Positions 62,230 through 64,000 of a stretch of DNA of 64,000 nucleotides are shown piece by piece. The number at the start of each line of letters is the position of its first letter. The stretch's first letter is position 1. The notes beneath the pieces were generated by a model. The model was not told the DNA's origin. It did not search any database and saw nothing but the letters and a program-made list of their open reading frames with translations. Source of the stretch: an uncultured Acidobacteriota bacterium (GTDB lineage: Bacteria; Acidobacteriota; UBA6911). Where the stretch lies: the NCBI GenBank assembly GCA_963809485.1, contig CAWEJX010000020.1, forward strand, positions 1,248,001 through 1,312,000, read 5' to 3'. The translations under genes were made by a program, and so were the position numbers.

Positions 62230-62601
62230 ATGGATGGGATACATAGCCAATCCATGGAAACCTTACAACGGATTCAGCTCGAAAAACAGCGGGATGCTTT
62301 GCTGGAACAATTGCACGGAATTGGCAACCTCATGCGCGGAACCCTGGTTCAGACGAAGGTCCGCTGCGGACGCAAAGGTTGTGTCTGCGAAACTGGCGAG
62401 AAGCATGTGAAGGTGCATTTGTCTCTGAATCTCCACGGGCGCACCCGAGGCTGTTATGTGGGAGAGCGGGAAGAAGCAGTTGCTGCCCTGATCCGCGAAT
62501 ATCAGCGTGCGTGGCACCTGATCGAACAGTTGACGGAAGTGAACCTGGAACTCATCCGCGGGAATCATCCGGGCGGACGACGGAGCAAGAAACGGAGATG
62601 A
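62230..62601 (+). CDS. DUF6788-like IS accessory protein
   Basis: MRGTL...RCGRKGCVC...H zinc-knuckle motif; ATGA overlap with the transposase. Confidence 0.75.
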   Translation: MDGIHSQSMETLQRIQLEKQRDALLEQLHGIGNLMRGTLVQTKVRCGRKGCVCETGEKHVKVHLSLNLHGRTRGCYVGEREEAVAALIREYQRAWHLIEQLTEVNLELIRGNHPGGRRSKKRR

Positions 62602-63155
62602 AAAACCAACGAATCCTCCCTTATGTGGTTGAAGTGATGGATAAGCCGGAGGGGATCACGGCTTGGGCGGGACTGCCATCGGTGCTGGATGCCATAAGAG
62701 CCTTCGGTCTGGACGAGGTGGTTCAGCAACAGATTCGAGTGCGCAGGAGAAATCGGGGCTACCGCGAATCAAAGAAAGTCGAGGCGCTTGTTCTGCTTAT
62801 GGCTGCGGGCGGCGAATGCGTCGACGATATCCAGATGCTGAAAGCCGATGCGGGATTATGCCGGCTGGTGGGGGATTTTCCGAGTGCGGATGCGCTCCTG
62901 ACGTTTTTGTACGCTTTTCACGATGAGGCGCTGATCGAGAAAGCTCGGTCGCAATTGACGGGAGATCGAGTGGCCTTTATTCCTGAAGAGAACAGAGCGC
63001 TGCAGGGATTGGCGGAAGTCAACAAAGCCCTGGTGCATCGGGTGGCGGCGCAGGGGAGCTGCAGGCGGGCGACCCTGGATCATGATGCGACCATTCAGGA
63101 AAGCCACAAGCGCGAAGCCCAGCCGCACTACAAAGGAGGACGCGGGTACCAGCCA
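62598..63155 (+). pseudogene. Truncated IS1380 family transposase
   Basis: TAWAGL, GGECVDD, TLDHDAT and YKGGRGYQP, then an abrupt end. Confidence 0.8.
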
Positions 63156-63159
63156 GAGA

Positions 63160-63498
63160 CCGCTTCAGTTGTCTGCCAATGGGTATGCTGCGGCGTTCGC
63201 AAATGAGTTTATCATGGGCTTACCCACCGGCTTCACAGGCGTGTTGGACGTCAGCGCCGCAACGCCCTTTGCAGCCCTCACGTTGCGCTCACTCGTTAAC
63301 GAGCGCGATGATTTTATGATGACCACATTCCCGATTGCCAGCGCTGATAAAGATGCTCCATCGCCGATTGTATTCCCGCAGATCGTTGATGGAGGCGGCT
63401 ATGTCACGGAATTTATCATGATTGGTGCAGGTGAAGCATCGAGCATGGAATTCGGTTTTTATGATGAAATCGGCGAACCAATTGATCTTGGCGACTAG
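63160..63498 (+). pseudogene. C-terminal fragment of an acidobacterial secreted-protein domain
   Basis: ALTLRSLVNERDDF..TTFP...IVFPQIVDGGGY.T.FI; no start or signal peptide. Confidence 0.55.
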
Positions 63499-64000
63499 GG
63501 GCGAAATTTCCGGAAAATCCGCCTCGAAGCGGCCTTGTAGTGAACTCCATTCCTCCCAAACTATTGTGGCTCTTGCTGCTTCCCCATCTTCGCGGACCGC
63601 TCCATCATCTGCTCCAGCGCATCAAGGCATCGAGGTTTGAGTTCTACGACTTCAAAGCCTCAATCTCGGTATCCTTGAAGCGGATCGTTTTGCTGGCCTG
63701 CCTGGGCGCCAATAAACGCATTCCCGGTGCCAATTGTGCTGGAATATCCCGCCTCTCTCCCGAAGAATGAGTTAAATGTGCCCGATATATTGGAGTAGCC
63801 GGAATACGCCCCGACAAACGAATTGGAGCTGCCTGTGGTGTTGGACGCTCCCGAGCCCTATCCAAAGAAGGAATTGTATTGGCCGTTCGACAGGTTCGAG
63901 TATCCTGCAGATAAGCCGAAAAATGCATTATGGACACCCAGAGTCCCGGCATCGTAACCGAAGGAACTGATGCTGGTGTTATGAATTTCAGTCGTTCGCG

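Noticed and set aside
63540-64000. Short ORFs at the window end
   Set aside because: No recognisable motifs or convincing starts.

Overview
Bacterial accessory DNA, most likely from an anaerobic member of the Acidobacteriota (inferred from protein families, not from a search). The left part (1-17.9 kb) holds a MacB-type permease, a corrinoid protein/UroD-type methyltransferase pair, a TPP enzyme, an ABC-F ATPase, a BrnT-BrnA toxin-antitoxin ORF, dodecin, a LysM protein, a hybrid kinase with a response regulator, and gene fragments. At 17.93-18.12 kb the 3' half of a tRNA-Arg and arm-type repeats mark a probable genomic-island end. The island starts with a signalling block (NarL regulator, CheB/CheR-PAS-kinase, STAS, Crp/Fnr). 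It continues with ~36 kb of general-stress and envelope genes: YtxH, CsbD x2, dodecin, Hsp20, Thivi_2564, lmo0937, DUF3185, YihY, AI-2E, OmpA, PBP1A, PLD, M48 protease, GGDEF-EAL and a beta/gamma-crystallin protein. Main discovery: 15 copies of one 65-66 bp promoter module (TGAGCAATTTTGACCA-N6-TGAGCAGTACTGAACTGACA-N17/18-TATAAA) sit upstream of these genes on both strands. It reads as a tandem CRP-geometry operator at -63.5/-41.5 over a sigma70 promoter, probably read by the two island-encoded Crp/Fnr paralogs. The putative regulon includes a complete diderm sortase system (LPETA substrate, VWA protein, sortase) and unannotated 26-28 aa membrane microproteins. Also present: an intact IS4 with a 10-bp TSD, a truncated IS1380, and IS200/IS605-end MITEs.
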